DNA of 63,527 nt, counting the filler. It is 6 parts of 6 records of this genome, joined end to end, with 100 filler letters (N's around TTAATTAATTAA, not from the genome) between each part and the next. Parts side by side here need not be neighbours in the genome. Positions count along the whole stretch, not along the records: positions 1 to 18,385 come from SRR20825010_4522; 5 more parts are not named here. One strand, given 5' to 3'. Made by a program: the position numbers and the translations under genes. Each line of letters opens with the position of its first letter. The first letter of the stretch is position 1. The notes beneath the pieces are model-generated. The model ran no database searches and was not told the origin of the DNA. It saw only the letters and a program-made list of their open reading frames with translations. Of this stretch, positions 1-10,728 are shown piece by piece.

Positions 1-345
1 GCCGGGCAGATCACCGGTGTCGAAGGCTATATCGAAAGCGCTGCCATCGGCATGCTCGCCGGGAGGTTCGCCGCCACCGAGCGCCTGGATAAGGATTTGT
101 CCCTGCCGCCCCGGACCACAGCGCTGGGCGCATTGCTCGCCCACATCACCGGCGATGCCAACGTTGAAACCTTCCAGCCGATGAATGTGAATTTCGGTTT
201 GTTCCCGACGATTGAGCCGGAGATTACCCCGAACGGGAAAAAAAGGAAGCTGAAGGGCCGCGACCGCAAGGCGGCCATGGCCGGACGCGCCCTGCGCGAT
301 ATCGATGAATGGCTGTCGGCAAACAAGGCCGCGGCTGCGGAGTAA
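1..345 (+). CDS. trmFO: tRNA (uracil-54-C5) methyltransferase TrmFO, C-terminal part (5' truncated)
   Basis: Frame 1 reads [15 protein letters not shown]...LLAHIT...[12 protein letters not shown], diagnostic TrmFO/Gid motifs. Confidence 0.93.
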   Translation, partial: AGQITGVEGYIESAAIGMLAGRFAATERLDKDLSLPPRTTALGALLAHITGDANVETFQPMNVNFGLFPTIEPEITPNGKKRKLKGRDRKAAMAGRALRDIDEWLSANKAAAAE

Positions 346-346
346 C

Positions 347-1195
347 TCAGTACCACCGGATCAACCTCGCCAGCCAGAACCGCCAGACATCAAGCGGATC
401 GTGGCCGGCGAGCTCCGGCCGGAACGGATCGTAGTCCAGCCTTGCCAGCAACCGGATGCGCGCGCGCGCCTGGCGGGCTGGCAATAGCAGGGGCGCAAGA
501 GCCGGGTTATGACCTGTGTGCGCCAGTCCGCGCTCTATCAGGTTTTGCGCATGCTGAGCCAACGCTTTCACGGCGTGACGCGCGCCTTCATCCGCCTTCA
601 GTTCAGCAAAATCCCGGCTCTCCCCACCATTTTCCTCGAGAATGGCACGCGGCAGGAACGGCCGCCTGACCGATTCGTCAAAAGCGGCCGCGCGCAGTTT
701 TCCAATCAGGGCATGCCCGGCGGCAATATCGGCAAGACCGGTCAATTCCATTTCCCGGTCAGGAACCAGCACATTCGCCAGCAGAGCCACCAGGGGGAAC
801 GTCGTCGCCCGGAGGTAGGCCTCCGTTTCCGCCAAACTCTCCATCGGGCGATCCTCGAGATCACGCTCCCGGGCGTTGATCAGATCATCGAATGGCGCAC
901 GGGGGAGCCCATAATCTGCGATACAGGTTGCCAGCGGTCCGATCACTTCATGCTGGCGCGGTGTCCCGGCGTAAATCCCCTCGATACTATCGCGCCACCA
1001 TTGCAACCTGATCGCACCGATCATGGTTTCACTCACGCTTTCACGGGTCTTCGCCACCTCGTGATTGAAGGCGTACAGCGTGAAAACCGCCTCGCGGTGT
1101 CGTACTGGCGCAAAGAGGGCGAACCGGAAACGGTCCGGATCATGCTGTCGAACCAGAGCGGCCGGTGCGGAGAGTGAAGAAGGTTGAGAGCTCAT
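347..1195 (-). CDS. Squalene/phytoene synthase-fold protein, NDUFAF6-like
   Basis: VRQHDPDRF...LYAFNHEVA...GAIRLQWWRD; lacks DDxxD; conserved position after secF and the Mth938 gene in alphaproteobacteria. Confidence 0.85.
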   Translation of the reverse strand: MSSQPSSLSAPAALVRQHDPDRFRFALFAPVRHREAVFTLYAFNHEVAKTRESVSETMIGAIRLQWWRDSIEGIYAGTPRQHEVIGPLATCIADYGLPRAPFDDLINARERDLEDRPMESLAETEAYLRATTFPLVALLANVLVPDREMELTGLADIAAGHALIGKLRAAAFDESVRRPFLPRAILEENGGESRDFAELKADEGARHAVKALAQHAQNLIERGLAHTGHNPALAPLLLPARQARARIRLLARLDYDPFRPELAGHDPLDVWRFWLARLIRWY

Positions 1196-1203
1196 GACTC
1201 GCT

Positions 1204-2142
1204 TTACGAGGGCAATAGTTTCTTGCGGAGCGCCTGTTCCAACGCCGGCGCATCGGCCATCCCGGCGAAATAGTCCGCCGAAAAACGGCTGAACAGGGAT
1301 TCGTATATACCGATCAAGCCGGAAAGCGCCAATTGCTCGCGGCGCCCGATCAGTGCTTTGAACGCCAGTAAGGAATTCCGGCCGGATTCGAGATGAGAAG
1401 CCGCCCGCTGCCGGAGGTCCGATGCCAGGACAGCAATGCGGGGATCGCGGGACTTGATCGCGTCCGAAAGTCCCGCTTTATCAAGCCCCGCATGCTCGAT
1501 CAGAGCATCGGGAATCGTCACCAGCCGTTCCGATCGCTCGGCATCTTTGGCGAGGTCGCGCAGAATATGCACCAGATAGCAGAAAATACCGAGGTCGGCG
1601 GCGTAATGTACTGGCTGTTCTGGTAACGCCCAGGAGAACCCGCCCTCCGCAGGCTGCGCACCGAGGAGGTAGATGAAGATCGTTGCCGGAGCCACGGTCG
1701 CCCCCGCCGCATAGGCGAGGAAATCATCCCAACCCGGCATCGGTTGCTCACGGACATCACGGCGCATGGCGTCGGCAAGACCCGTCCAGGGCGTATCACC
1801 CAAATCAGAACGATGTGCCGTTGCCTGCAAGGCTCGCAGAACAGTTCCGGGCAGCGGGCCCTTTTCCGCTTCGCCAAGGCATTGCGCCTGCCAATGGTCG
1901 ATATCGGCCAGCATCGCGCCGCGCTCTTTCTCCCGATCCGGCGCCGGACGGCAGAGAAACTCGTCATCGACCGCGTCGTCGATCAGACGCATGGCGGCGT
2001 AGGTTGCGAAGAAAAAACTCTGGCGCGGTGCAGACAGCAATCGCGCGGCATGTAGAAGATTGGCGTTAGCCCGTCCCGCAATGGCGCGGCAGAACGCGAA
2101 ATCTTCCTCTGTTGCCTGGCTAGTGTCTGCGGAATCAGTCAA
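1204..2142 (-). CDS. Squalene/phytoene synthase family protein (CrtB/HpnD-like fold); probable TTG start overlapping the upstream stop
   Basis: FAFCRAIA, YAAMRLIDDAVDD, YAAGATVAP, LVHILRDLAKD motifs. Confidence 0.8.
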   Translation of the reverse strand: MTDSADTSQATEEDFAFCRAIAGRANANLLHAARLLSAPRQSFFFATYAAMRLIDDAVDDEFLCRPAPDREKERGAMLADIDHWQAQCLGEAEKGPLPGTVLRALQATAHRSDLGDTPWTGLADAMRRDVREQPMPGWDDFLAYAAGATVAPATIFIYLLGAQPAEGGFSWALPEQPVHYAADLGIFCYLVHILRDLAKDAERSERLVTIPDALIEHAGLDKAGLSDAIKSRDPRIAVLASDLRQRAASHLESGRNSLLAFKALIGRREQLALSGLIGIYESLFSRFSADYFAGMADAPALEQALRKKLLPS

Positions 2143-2512
2143 CGGGCAGCAGCGCGGCGGCGACACGGCGCCCTTCGGCCAGAAGCACATTGTAGGTGCG
2201 GCAGGCGGCGCCAGTATCCATGATATCCACTACCGGCCCTTTTTCCCGAACCGCCGTGCGGATAGAGGGCAGGATGAACTCGGTGCGCGCGCCCGTGCCC
2301 AGCAACAGGATCTCCGGAACCGTCTCCCGGTCTGTCACCGGCGATAGGGTGTCTGCCATCAGGTTCTCTATACCGGCTTGCTGCCAGATCAGTGTTTCAT
2401 CCGGGAAAACAAAGACGGCGCCCGTATATCGGACGCCGGTGATCCGGAACGCCCCGTCACCATAGGCTTCGATAAACTGAAGGCCTTCCGGGATCAGGGG
2501 CGTTACATCCAT
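2135..2512 (-). CDS. Mth938-like domain protein (NDUFAF3 homolog, DUF498)
   Basis: IEAYGDGAF...EILLLGTG...MDTGAACRTYNVLLAEGRRVAAAL. Confidence 0.9.
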   Translation of the reverse strand: MDVTPLIPEGLQFIEAYGDGAFRITGVRYTGAVFVFPDETLIWQQAGIENLMADTLSPVTDRETVPEILLLGTGARTEFILPSIRTAVREKGPVVDIMDTGAACRTYNVLLAEGRRVAAALLPVD

Positions 2513-2516
2513 TGGA

Positions 2517-3488
2517 TCAGTCCTTTTCGCCGGCAGCTCCCTGCCGCTCATATTCCGGCATCTGCACCGGAGAATCCGCATCTTCGTCCTCATCGCCCCG
2601 GCGCGGCTGCATGTAAAGCAGCAGCGGCACAGCAATGAAGATCGACGAATAGGTCCCGATGATAACACCCCAGATCATGGCAAGTGCGAAATCGGCCAGT
2701 ACCGCTCCCCCGAAGAAGTAGATCGCCACAAGCGCAAGCAAGGTGGTGACCGACGTCATCGTGGTGCGCGACAGGGTCTCGTTGATCGAGAGATTGAACA
2801 GATCCGCGAACGACATCTTCTTGTATTTACGGAAATTTTCCCGCACGCGGTCGAACACGACCACGGTGTCGTTGATGGAATATCCGGCAATCGTCAGGAT
2901 GGCCGCAACCGTTGGCAGGTTGAACTCATGCCCGTTGAGAGCGAACAGCCCGAGGGTCGAGAACACGTCGTGGCTGAGCGCGATAAGGGCGAACACACCG
3001 AATTGCCATTCGAAGCGAAGCCAGATGTAGATCATGATCGCCGAGAGGGCGCAAATGACCGCGATAAGCCCGGCTTCCTTCAATTCCTCGCCAACAGTCG
3101 GCCCGACGAACTCGGTACGGCGGTATTCGACGCCCTCACCCAGCACCTCTTTTACTTTTTCGACGGCGGTGAGCTGTTCTGCCTCGGAGCCGTCCTGACG
3201 CTGAATGCGGATCAGGATGTCATCGTCGGCACCAAATTCCTGGATGCTGACATCACCAAGGTCGAGGTTGCCGAGTTCGGTCCGCAGTGACTCGATGTTG
3301 GCCGGACCATCGGTCTTGACCTCCATCAGAATCCCGCCCCGGAAATCGATACCGAAGTTGAGGCCGTTTACGAGCAGGCCGCCAAGGCTGAGAATCATCA
3401 GCGCAATCGAGAAAGCAAAGGCTTTATAGCGATTGGCGACGAATGGCAGCTTGGTTCCGTGGGGAACGATGCGAAGTGGTCTGAACAT
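2517..3488 (-). CDS. secF: Protein translocase subunit SecF
   Basis: GLNFGIDFRGG, VGPTVG, GYSINDTVVVFDRVRE. Confidence 0.97.
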   Translation of the reverse strand: MFRPLRIVPHGTKLPFVANRYKAFAFSIALMILSLGGLLVNGLNFGIDFRGGILMEVKTDGPANIESLRTELGNLDLGDVSIQEFGADDDILIRIQRQDGSEAEQLTAVEKVKEVLGEGVEYRRTEFVGPTVGEELKEAGLIAVICALSAIMIYIWLRFEWQFGVFALIALSHDVFSTLGLFALNGHEFNLPTVAAILTIAGYSINDTVVVFDRVRENFRKYKKMSFADLFNLSINETLSRTTMTSVTTLLALVAIYFFGGAVLADFALAMIWGVIIGTYSSIFIAVPLLLYMQPRRGDEDEDADSPVQMPEYERQGAAGEKD

Positions 3489-3500
3489 CTGTCTATTCCC

Positions 3501-5072
3501 TCAGATCGGCAGTTCGCTCGGCCGGCTACGCCGCATCCAGAGCACGATGAAAAGGCGGCTGACCAGCGTTGCTGTGAAAAGCGACGTTATAATGCCGATA
3601 CCCAGTGTCACGGCGAATCCCTTCACCGGGCCCGAGCCCATGAAGTAGAGGAACAAAGCCGCGAACAGGGTCGTCAGGTTAGCGTCAACAATGGTCCGGA
3701 AGGCACGCTGATAGCCTGCCTCGATAGAGGCCATCGGGGTCCGCCCGTTTCTGACTTCCTCACGGATACGCTCGAAAATCAGCACGTTCGCATCCACGGC
3801 CATACCGACGGTCAGGACGATACCTGCAATGCCCGGAAGTGTCAGGGTTGCCTGCAGGCAGGAGAGCGCGGCCACGATCAGCGTCATGTTGAAGAACAGG
3901 GCAAAATTGGCCAGCAAGCCGAAGAACCCATACGCGACGATCATGAAACCGATCACCAGCAGCAGGCCGATGATACTGGCAATCTTCCCGGCGGCGATGG
4001 AATCGGCACCAAGTCCCGGGCCAACCGTGCGCTCTTCAAGCACCTGAAGCGGCGCCGGCAGGGCACCGGCACGCAGCAGCAGTGAAAGATCCTGCACTTC
4101 CTGCACGGTGAAACTGCCGGAAATGATCCCCGATCCGCCAAGAATAGCGGTCTGGATCACCGGCGCACTGATCACCTTGCCGTCGAGCACAATGGCGAAG
4201 GGGCGCCCGACATTTTCGGTCGTCGCCTTGCCGAAGCGGCGGCCGCCAACCGTATCGAAACGGAAGCTGACAACCGGCTGGCCGTCCTGGAAGCTGGGCT
4301 GGGCGTCGACGAGATTCTCGCCGCTCACCATCACTCGCCGCTTCACGACGTAATTTGCGGGAGCACCCGGCCGTTCGTCCGCAGCCGGAAGCAATTGCGA
4401 GCCCGGCGGCACCCGGCCCTGCTGAGCGTCCTGTACCGAAGCCGTTACATCGACCATCCGGAAAGTAAGTTTCGCAGTCTGGCCGAGCAATGCCTTGATC
4501 CGCTCGGGATCGTCAACACCCGGAAGCTGCAGCAGGATACGGTCTTCACCCTGGCGCTGGATCGTCGGCTCGCGCACACCCGTCTCATCGATACGGCGGC
4601 GGACGATCTCGATCGACTGAGCGATGGCCCGGGCTTTCAGGTCACGCACAGCGACTTCCGTCAGTGTGATCCGGACAGTATTTCCGGCACTGGTTTCCGT
4701 ATCCGTCTCGGGATCGATCTTGCGAACGGTATCCCGCGCTTTTTCAAGATCTTCCGCGTTGCGGACGGTGAAGTGAACCGCATCGTTCGCCACACCAAGA
4801 CCACGATAACCAATCCGCTCCTGGCGGAGATTACGACGTGTCTGATCGACGATCGCTTCGAGTCGCTCCGCGATGACCACATGGACATCGACTTCGAGAA
4901 GCAAGTGCGAACCACCCTGCAGGTCGAGACCAAGATTGATCTTTTTGCCGGGGAGCCAGGAAGGAAGGTCCTGTGTCAAATCGCGCTGGATCACGTTCGG
5001 CAGTGCATAGAGCACGCCTAAGGCGCAGATCAGCGCGATAAGGGCAGTTTTCCAAGGCTGAAATTGGAGCAT
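3501..5072 (-). CDS. secD: Protein translocase subunit SecD
   Basis: LGLDLQGG, LLRAGALPAPL, GMAVDANVLIFERIREE. Confidence 0.97.
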   Translation of the reverse strand: MLQFQPWKTALIALICALGVLYALPNVIQRDLTQDLPSWLPGKKINLGLDLQGGSHLLLEVDVHVVIAERLEAIVDQTRRNLRQERIGYRGLGVANDAVHFTVRNAEDLEKARDTVRKIDPETDTETSAGNTVRITLTEVAVRDLKARAIAQSIEIVRRRIDETGVREPTIQRQGEDRILLQLPGVDDPERIKALLGQTAKLTFRMVDVTASVQDAQQGRVPPGSQLLPAADERPGAPANYVVKRRVMVSGENLVDAQPSFQDGQPVVSFRFDTVGGRRFGKATTENVGRPFAIVLDGKVISAPVIQTAILGGSGIISGSFTVQEVQDLSLLLRAGALPAPLQVLEERTVGPGLGADSIAAGKIASIIGLLLVIGFMIVAYGFFGLLANFALFFNMTLIVAALSCLQATLTLPGIAGIVLTVGMAVDANVLIFERIREEVRNGRTPMASIEAGYQRAFRTIVDANLTTLFAALFLYFMGSGPVKGFAVTLGIGIITSLFTATLVSRLFIVLWMRRSRPSELPI

Positions 5073-5155
5073 CTGTATATGCCTCTAGCCGAACAGGCCA
5101 TCGGGTGTGCGGATCATCGATATGTCTGCGGCGCCCCTAAGGGCGCCGCGAGAAC

Positions 5156-5509
5156 TTACTTCTTGTCGGACGATTCGGCCGCTGCGGGCTCGGTTTTTGC
5201 CCGAACATCGGAGAGCATGCTACGGGCCACGCGGACCTTCACACCCTCGGCAATTTCCACAAGCAACTCGTCTTTTTCGTCGATAACCTTCGAAACGGTA
5301 CCGATCAGGCCGCCATTGGTGACCACGACGTCACTCCGGCGCACTTTGGAGAGCATGGCTTTATGCTCTTTGACCCGCTTCTGCTGCGGACGGATCAGCA
5401 GGAAATAAAAGACGACGAAAATCAGGACCAACGGCAGGAACGCCATTACATCAAAGCCGCCGCCGACGCCGCCAGCCGCTTGGGCATAAGCCGGTGAAAT
5501 GAACATCAA
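5156..5509 (-). CDS. yajC: Preprotein translocase subunit YajC
   Basis: FYFLLIRPQQKR...VVTNGGLIG; upstream of secD. Confidence 0.95.
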   Translation of the reverse strand: MMFISPAYAQAAGGVGGGFDVMAFLPLVLIFVVFYFLLIRPQQKRVKEHKAMLSKVRRSDVVVTNGGLIGTVSKVIDEKDELLVEIAEGVKVRVARSMLSDVRAKTEPAAAESSDKK

Positions 5510-5795
5510 GTTCTCCCAGTCATACGAGAAGTTTAGCCCGGCCCCGGTCCGGTCCCGCGCGCACTTCGCTCAAATAGTCGTTCCTCGGCGTGTCTGCCAG
5601 CGATTTCCGCCAAAACACCCCGAAAACTCGGAACGGCGGACTATAACGGTCCGGCAGGCAATTTCAATGGCCGGAAAGACCGAGGAAAAGACGGGCCCGG
5701 GAATTGACGGACAGATGGCGTGTGATACTTTCCCGCCGCTCCGGTTTTACAGCCGGAAGAAAGTTCGACGATTCTTATTTTCAAGGTCCAGTGAC

Positions 5796-6653
5796 ATGTC
5801 CGACGCCCGAGAGCTTGAGATTCTCGCCCGTATTGCAGATGCGCTTGAGCGCATCGCCCCGCCGCCGGCCAAGGCCGCCGATCTCGGGGATGCCGAAGGC
5901 TTTGTCTGGAATGCCCAGGCTGGACAGGTCGATCCGGTCAGGAAGATCAATCGCGTTGATATCTCGCTCCTCAAGGGAGTTGGCCCGCAACTCGACCAGC
6001 TGCGCGAGAACACGGACCGGTTCGCCCGTGGCCTGCCCGCCAACAACGCGCTGCTCTGGGGTTCGCGCGGCATGGGCAAAAGCTCGCTGGTCAAGGCCGT
6101 GCACGCCGAGGTCAACGAGAAGCGCGACGGCATCCTAGCCCTGGTGGAAATTCACCGCGAGGATCTTGAGACCCTGCCGCGCCTGCTGAACCTGGCACGC
6201 GATACGGACCGCCGCCTGATCGTGTTCTGCGACGATCTGTCCTTCGATTTCGCCGACAATTCGTACAAATCCCTGAAGGCGGTGCTGGAAGGCGGCGTCG
6301 AAGGCCGGCCGGACAATGTACTGTTTTACGCAACGTCCAACCGCCGCCACCTGATGGCCCGCGATATGATCGACAATGAGCGCTCAACGGCGATCAACCC
6401 CGGCGAGGCTGTCGAGGAAAAGGTTTCGCTGTCAGATCGCTTCGGCCTCTGGCTCGGCTTCCATTCCTGCGATCAGGATACTTTCCTCGCCATGATAGAA
6501 GGCTATGCCTCGGCCTATGATCTGCCGATCAGCACGGACGAACTGCGCGCCAAGGCCAAGGAATGGCAGGTCACGCGCGGGGCGCGCTCCGGCCGTGTTG
6601 CCTGGCAGTTCATTCAGGATCTGGCTGGCGATCTCGGCAAGAAACTGGCCTGA
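5796..6653 (+). CDS. DUF815 family AAA+ ATP-binding protein
   Basis: NNALLWGSRGMGKSSLVKA, FCDDLSF, YATSNRRHL, EEKVSLSDRFGL. Confidence 0.9.
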   Translation: MSDARELEILARIADALERIAPPPAKAADLGDAEGFVWNAQAGQVDPVRKINRVDISLLKGVGPQLDQLRENTDRFARGLPANNALLWGSRGMGKSSLVKAVHAEVNEKRDGILALVEIHREDLETLPRLLNLARDTDRRLIVFCDDLSFDFADNSYKSLKAVLEGGVEGRPDNVLFYATSNRRHLMARDMIDNERSTAINPGEAVEEKVSLSDRFGLWLGFHSCDQDTFLAMIEGYASAYDLPISTDELRAKAKEWQVTRGARSGRVAWQFIQDLAGDLGKKLA

Positions 6654-6680
6654 CCGGCCAAAATTCACGCTCTGTCGGGA

Positions 6681-7793
6681 TCAGGTTCGATCCAGATACT
6701 GGCGCGGGTCGACGGCCTGCTTTTCCCGACGCACCTCAAAGTGGAGTTGTGGCTGGTCCACATTGCCACTGGACCCGACCGTGGCAATGGTTTGGCCACG
6801 CTTGACCACCTCGCCGCGGGTGACGAGCAACCGGTCACTATGGGCATAGGCCGTGATCCAGCCATTCGCATGCTTCAGCAGCAACAGCTTCCCGAATCCC
6901 GGTAACCCGTCACCGGCATAGGCAACCACCCCGTTATCAGCAGCGGCCACGGCGGCGCCTCGTGGCGCGGCTATATTGATACCGTCATTATGCAGTCCAC
7001 CCTGGCGCGGGCCGAAATTCGCAATGACACGTCCCCGGACGGGCCAGTGGAATTTTGAGCCGGCACGCTCGGGAGGTCGTATTTTTGCGACCTCAAGGCC
7101 GGTTTTCGCCTTCGGTGCAGGCGGCGCGGGCACCGCAGCAGGCTGCGATGCCTGTGCTCGGGGTGCGGGAGGCTGAAGCGCTGCCGCTGTTTGCCCGGAC
7201 GGTACCTCATTACGCGGATTGAGCGACGGCAAAGCCACAGTTCCCGGCGAGAGCAATGCTGTCCTGGTCGTGCTTCCGCGCGTTCCAGGTCCTTTGGGGA
7301 ATTGCGGTACATTGAGGGATGACCGTGTGTTGGAGGCGACGGCTCCGCCTTTCGCGATCTCCTGCGATGGCAGCCGCATCTCCTGCCCGACCCTGATCTG
7401 GTAAGGCGGTGTGATGTCATTCATCTGCACGACCGTGCGCATATCGACATTGAAGCGCCGCGAGATCGAGAAAACTGTATCACCCGGTCGCACCAGATAG
7501 CTGCTCGGCGCCGGCAAGCGGAGGTCCTGTCCGACATACAGCTTGTAAGGCGGCTGTAGCTGATTGGCGATGATGATATCCCGCACCGGCACTCCGTAGC
7601 GCCGGGAAATCTCATAGACGGTGTCATTCGGGCCAGCGCTGATCCGCCCGCCGGACGGGATGGCAAGATGGGCTGAGCGCTTTTCAGACGGGCTATAGGC
7701 AAGACGCGGTCCGCCGGCGCCGCAGGCAGTCAGCAGACCGGCCACGACAAGAAGGGCCGTCCAATTTCGAAAATGTGGAACCGTCATCGCCAT
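6681..7793 (-). CDS. nlpD: LysM + M23 peptidase lipoprotein (NlpD/DipM-like)
   Basis: Lipobox LTAC, two LysM repeats, HNDGINI, TAYAH, PQLHFEVR; follows pcm. Confidence 0.85.
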   Translation of the reverse strand: MAMTVPHFRNWTALLVVAGLLTACGAGGPRLAYSPSEKRSAHLAIPSGGRISAGPNDTVYEISRRYGVPVRDIIIANQLQPPYKLYVGQDLRLPAPSSYLVRPGDTVFSISRRFNVDMRTVVQMNDITPPYQIRVGQEMRLPSQEIAKGGAVASNTRSSLNVPQFPKGPGTRGSTTRTALLSPGTVALPSLNPRNEVPSGQTAAALQPPAPRAQASQPAAVPAPPAPKAKTGLEVAKIRPPERAGSKFHWPVRGRVIANFGPRQGGLHNDGINIAAPRGAAVAAADNGVVAYAGDGLPGFGKLLLLKHANGWITAYAHSDRLLVTRGEVVKRGQTIATVGSSGNVDQPQLHFEVRREKQAVDPRQYLDRT

Positions 7794-7874
7794 CAGGCCA
7801 GTTTAGGTTTTGCCAACCGCCCGCTCAAGCGGTGCCCGCAAGCCCGCGCCAAGAGCCACTGAACGCTGGAACAA

Positions 7875-8522
7875 TCAGGCACTGTCCCGCACTTCGCTCT
7901 CGACCAAAGGCACGAATCGCACCGGAAGCAGGCAATCATCCTTAATGCCGTCTTCCGTCCGGGTGAAGCGATGGATGTGCTGGGTGCCGTCCTGCGGGCC
8001 GATCGGAACAACCATGATACCGCCCTCGCCCAGTTGATCCAGCAGGAGTTCTGGCACGCTTACGGAGGCTGCGGTAACGATGATCCGGTCAAATGGAGCT
8101 TGTTCTGGCCAGCCTTTGCTGCCATCGCCGACCCGGGTCACCACTTTATGCAGATCGAGAGTCGCGAATCGTTCCGCCGCCTCCTCGGACAGGCTGCGAT
8201 GCCGTTCCACTGTGTAGATACGGCGTGCCAGACGGGCAAGTATGGCAGTTTGGTAGCCGGATCCAGTGCCGATCTCCAAAACCTTGCAGCGGTCATTCAG
8301 CGCAAGAGCCTGGGTCATGAAAGCAACCACATAGGGCTGGCTGATGGTTTGCCCCGCTCCGATGGGAAGCGCCCTGTTGTCATAGGCGAAGGTCTTGATC
8401 GGCGACGGGATGAAGATCTCCCGGGGAACACGCTCGATAGCGCCCAGCACGTCACTGTCGGCGATTCCCTCGCGCCGCAGCTCCATGATCAGGCGTATCT
8501 TACTTTCCTCGAGGATCATCAC
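7875..8522 (-). CDS. pcm: Protein-L-isoaspartate O-methyltransferase
   Basis: GQTISQP, VLEIGTGSGYQ, APFDRIIVTAA. Confidence 0.96.
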   Translation of the reverse strand: MMILEESKIRLIMELRREGIADSDVLGAIERVPREIFIPSPIKTFAYDNRALPIGAGQTISQPYVVAFMTQALALNDRCKVLEIGTGSGYQTAILARLARRIYTVERHRSLSEEAAERFATLDLHKVVTRVGDGSKGWPEQAPFDRIIVTAASVSVPELLLDQLGEGGIMVVPIGPQDGTQHIHRFTRTEDGIKDDCLLPVRFVPLVESEVRDSA

Positions 8523-9322
8523 GACTCAGTCGGTTGTTTTTCCAGCTGAAAGGCACCCTGGAGTGTCTCCAGAGTCTCATGATCGGTCATGTTCATCTTG
8601 ATCGGCGTGACCGAGATATAGCCCGCATCGACCGCGGCGAGGTCGGTTCCCTCCGCGTAAGGCTTCATGCTCTGCATATGACCGATCCAGTAATGCCGCG
8701 AGCCGCGCGGGTCTGTCACCTCAAGAATATCGTCTCCACTTTTGCGGCGACCTTGTGTGGTTACCTGAATGCCCCTCACCTGGTCAGCGGGTACAGGCGG
8801 GAAATTCACGTTTAACAATGTGTTAGTAGGGAAACCTTCATGTAAAATCCGGCGCAGAAGATTGGGCCCGTATGTTTCCGCCGGAGTCCAGTCCGCCGGC
8901 TGCCCCTCGATCAGCTCCTGGCTGAAGGCGACCGCCGGCACACCGAGAATGGTGGCTTCCATGGCAGCCGACACGGTGCCGGAATAGGTTACGTCATCCG
9001 CAAGGTTGCCGTGCCGGTTCACCCCGGACAGAACGATATCGGGGCGTTTGCCCTTCATCAGCTCGTTCACCGCGAGCAGCACGCAATCCGTTGGCGTGCC
9101 GTTCACGGAAAACCAGTTCGGCTGATGTTCCCGGGCCTGTAGAGGTCTGCGCAAGGTCAGCGAATGCCCGGCCCCGCTCTGCTCCGTCTCCGGCGCCACC
9201 ACCCAGACATCTTCCGTCAGCGACCGGGCCATACGCACCAGGACCTGCAGTCCCGGTGCGTAATAGCCGTCATCGTTCGAAATCAGGATGCGGGCCTTGC
9301 TGACATCGAGCGGCCAGGTCAT
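8519..9322 (-). CDS. surE: 5'/3'-nucleotidase SurE
   Basis: RILISNDDG, GTPTDCV, SGVN...YSGTVSAAME. Confidence 0.97.
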   Translation of the reverse strand: MTWPLDVSKARILISNDDGYYAPGLQVLVRMARSLTEDVWVVAPETEQSGAGHSLTLRRPLQAREHQPNWFSVNGTPTDCVLLAVNELMKGKRPDIVLSGVNRHGNLADDVTYSGTVSAAMEATILGVPAVAFSQELIEGQPADWTPAETYGPNLLRRILHEGFPTNTLLNVNFPPVPADQVRGIQVTTQGRRKSGDDILEVTDPRGSRHYWIGHMQSMKPYAEGTDLAAVDAGYISVTPIKMNMTDHETLETLQGAFQLEKQPTES

Positions 9323-9336
9323 GTCGCGCTCCCCGC

Positions 9337-10626
9337 TCAGCGTTCGGCCGAGATCTTCTCGAGCCCACCCATGTAGGGACGCAGCACTTCCGGAATACTG
9401 ACCGAACCATCCGCTTCGGCATAATTTTCAAGCACGGCGATCAGCGTCCGGCCAACAGCCAGCGCCGAGCCGTTCAGGGTATGCACGAAGCCGGTCTGTT
9501 TGCCGCCATCAACCCGATAGCGGGCCTTCATGCGACGAGCCTGGAAATCACCGCAGTTGGAGCAGCTGGAAATCTCCCGGTACATGCCCTTGCCGTCATC
9601 CTGCCCCGGCAGCCAGACCTCGATATCGTAGGTCTTGCGCGCACCGAACCCGGTATCGCCCGAACAGAGTGTGACGACACGATAGGAAAGTCCGAGGCGT
9701 TTCAGCATCTCCTCGGCGCAACCGGTCATCCGTTCATGCTCTTCCATCGACTTGTCCGGATGCGTGACGGAGACAAGCTCGACCTTGCTGAACTGGTGCA
9801 GCCGGATCATGCCTCGTGTATCGCGTCCGGCCGAGCCTGCTTCCGACCGGAAACAAGGCGTATAGGCCGTGAAACGAAGCGGCAGTTCCTCTTCCGCCAG
9901 GATTTCTCCGGCAGCGATATTGGTCAGCGGCACTTCCGCCGTCGGGATCAGCCAGTGGTCGCCCGTGGTCTTGAACAGATCCTCGCCGAATTTTGGAAGC
10001 TGGCTGGTGCCGTAAAGCGCCGTGTCCCGCACCAGATAAGGCGGGGATACTTCGGTATAGCCGAACTCGCCCGTATGAATGTCGAGCATGTAGTTCGCCA
10101 AAGCCCGCTCCAGACGGGACAACTGACCGCGCAGCAGCGAGAACCGGGCACCGGAAAGTTTGGCGGCGGTTTCGAAATCCATCATGCCAAGCCGTTCGCC
10201 GATAGCGACATGATCCGGGGAGGCTTCGTTCGTCCGGGGCGTGTCTCCAACCGTCCGCAAGAGCACATTGGCGCTCTCGTCCGGGCCGTCCGGCACATCG
10301 TCATCCAGCTTGTTCGGCAAACCTGACAGAACGGCGTCCAGCTTTTCGGAGAAGGCACGCCCCTCTTCTTCAAGGCTTTGCATCCGGTCCTTGATGTCGG
10401 CGACTTCCTTCATCAGGGCATCTGCATCGCCGCCCTGGGATTTCACCTTGCCAATTTCCTTGGAGGCTTCGTTACGCCGCTGCTGCAGGCTCTGCAGCTC
10501 GGTCGTCGTATCCCGCCATTGCTTGTCCAGCTCGAGGATCGTGTCCGCCTGTGGGGCAAACCCGCGGCGCGCCATGGCCTTGTCGAAGGCGGCTCCGTCC
10601 TCGCGAATCCATCTGATATCGTGCAT
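9337..10626 (-). CDS. serS: Serine--tRNA ligase
   Basis: [39 protein letters not shown]. Confidence 0.98.
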   Translation of the reverse strand: MHDIRWIREDGAAFDKAMARRGFAPQADTILELDKQWRDTTTELQSLQQRRNEASKEIGKVKSQGGDADALMKEVADIKDRMQSLEEEGRAFSEKLDAVLSGLPNKLDDDVPDGPDESANVLLRTVGDTPRTNEASPDHVAIGERLGMMDFETAAKLSGARFSLLRGQLSRLERALANYMLDIHTGEFGYTEVSPPYLVRDTALYGTSQLPKFGEDLFKTTGDHWLIPTAEVPLTNIAAGEILAEEELPLRFTAYTPCFRSEAGSAGRDTRGMIRLHQFSKVELVSVTHPDKSMEEHERMTGCAEEMLKRLGLSYRVVTLCSGDTGFGARKTYDIEVWLPGQDDGKGMYREISSCSNCGDFQARRMKARYRVDGGKQTGFVHTLNGSALAVGRTLIAVLENYAEADGSVSIPEVLRPYMGGLEKISAER

Positions 10627-10728
10627 CTCACACGTCCATTCTGTTCGGAAATTCTGTTTGATCTTATAGGCAGTGCCACCCGACGGGTCCAGCGGCAGGC
10701 CCCGGTCCATTGCCGGGGCGCCGCTCGA

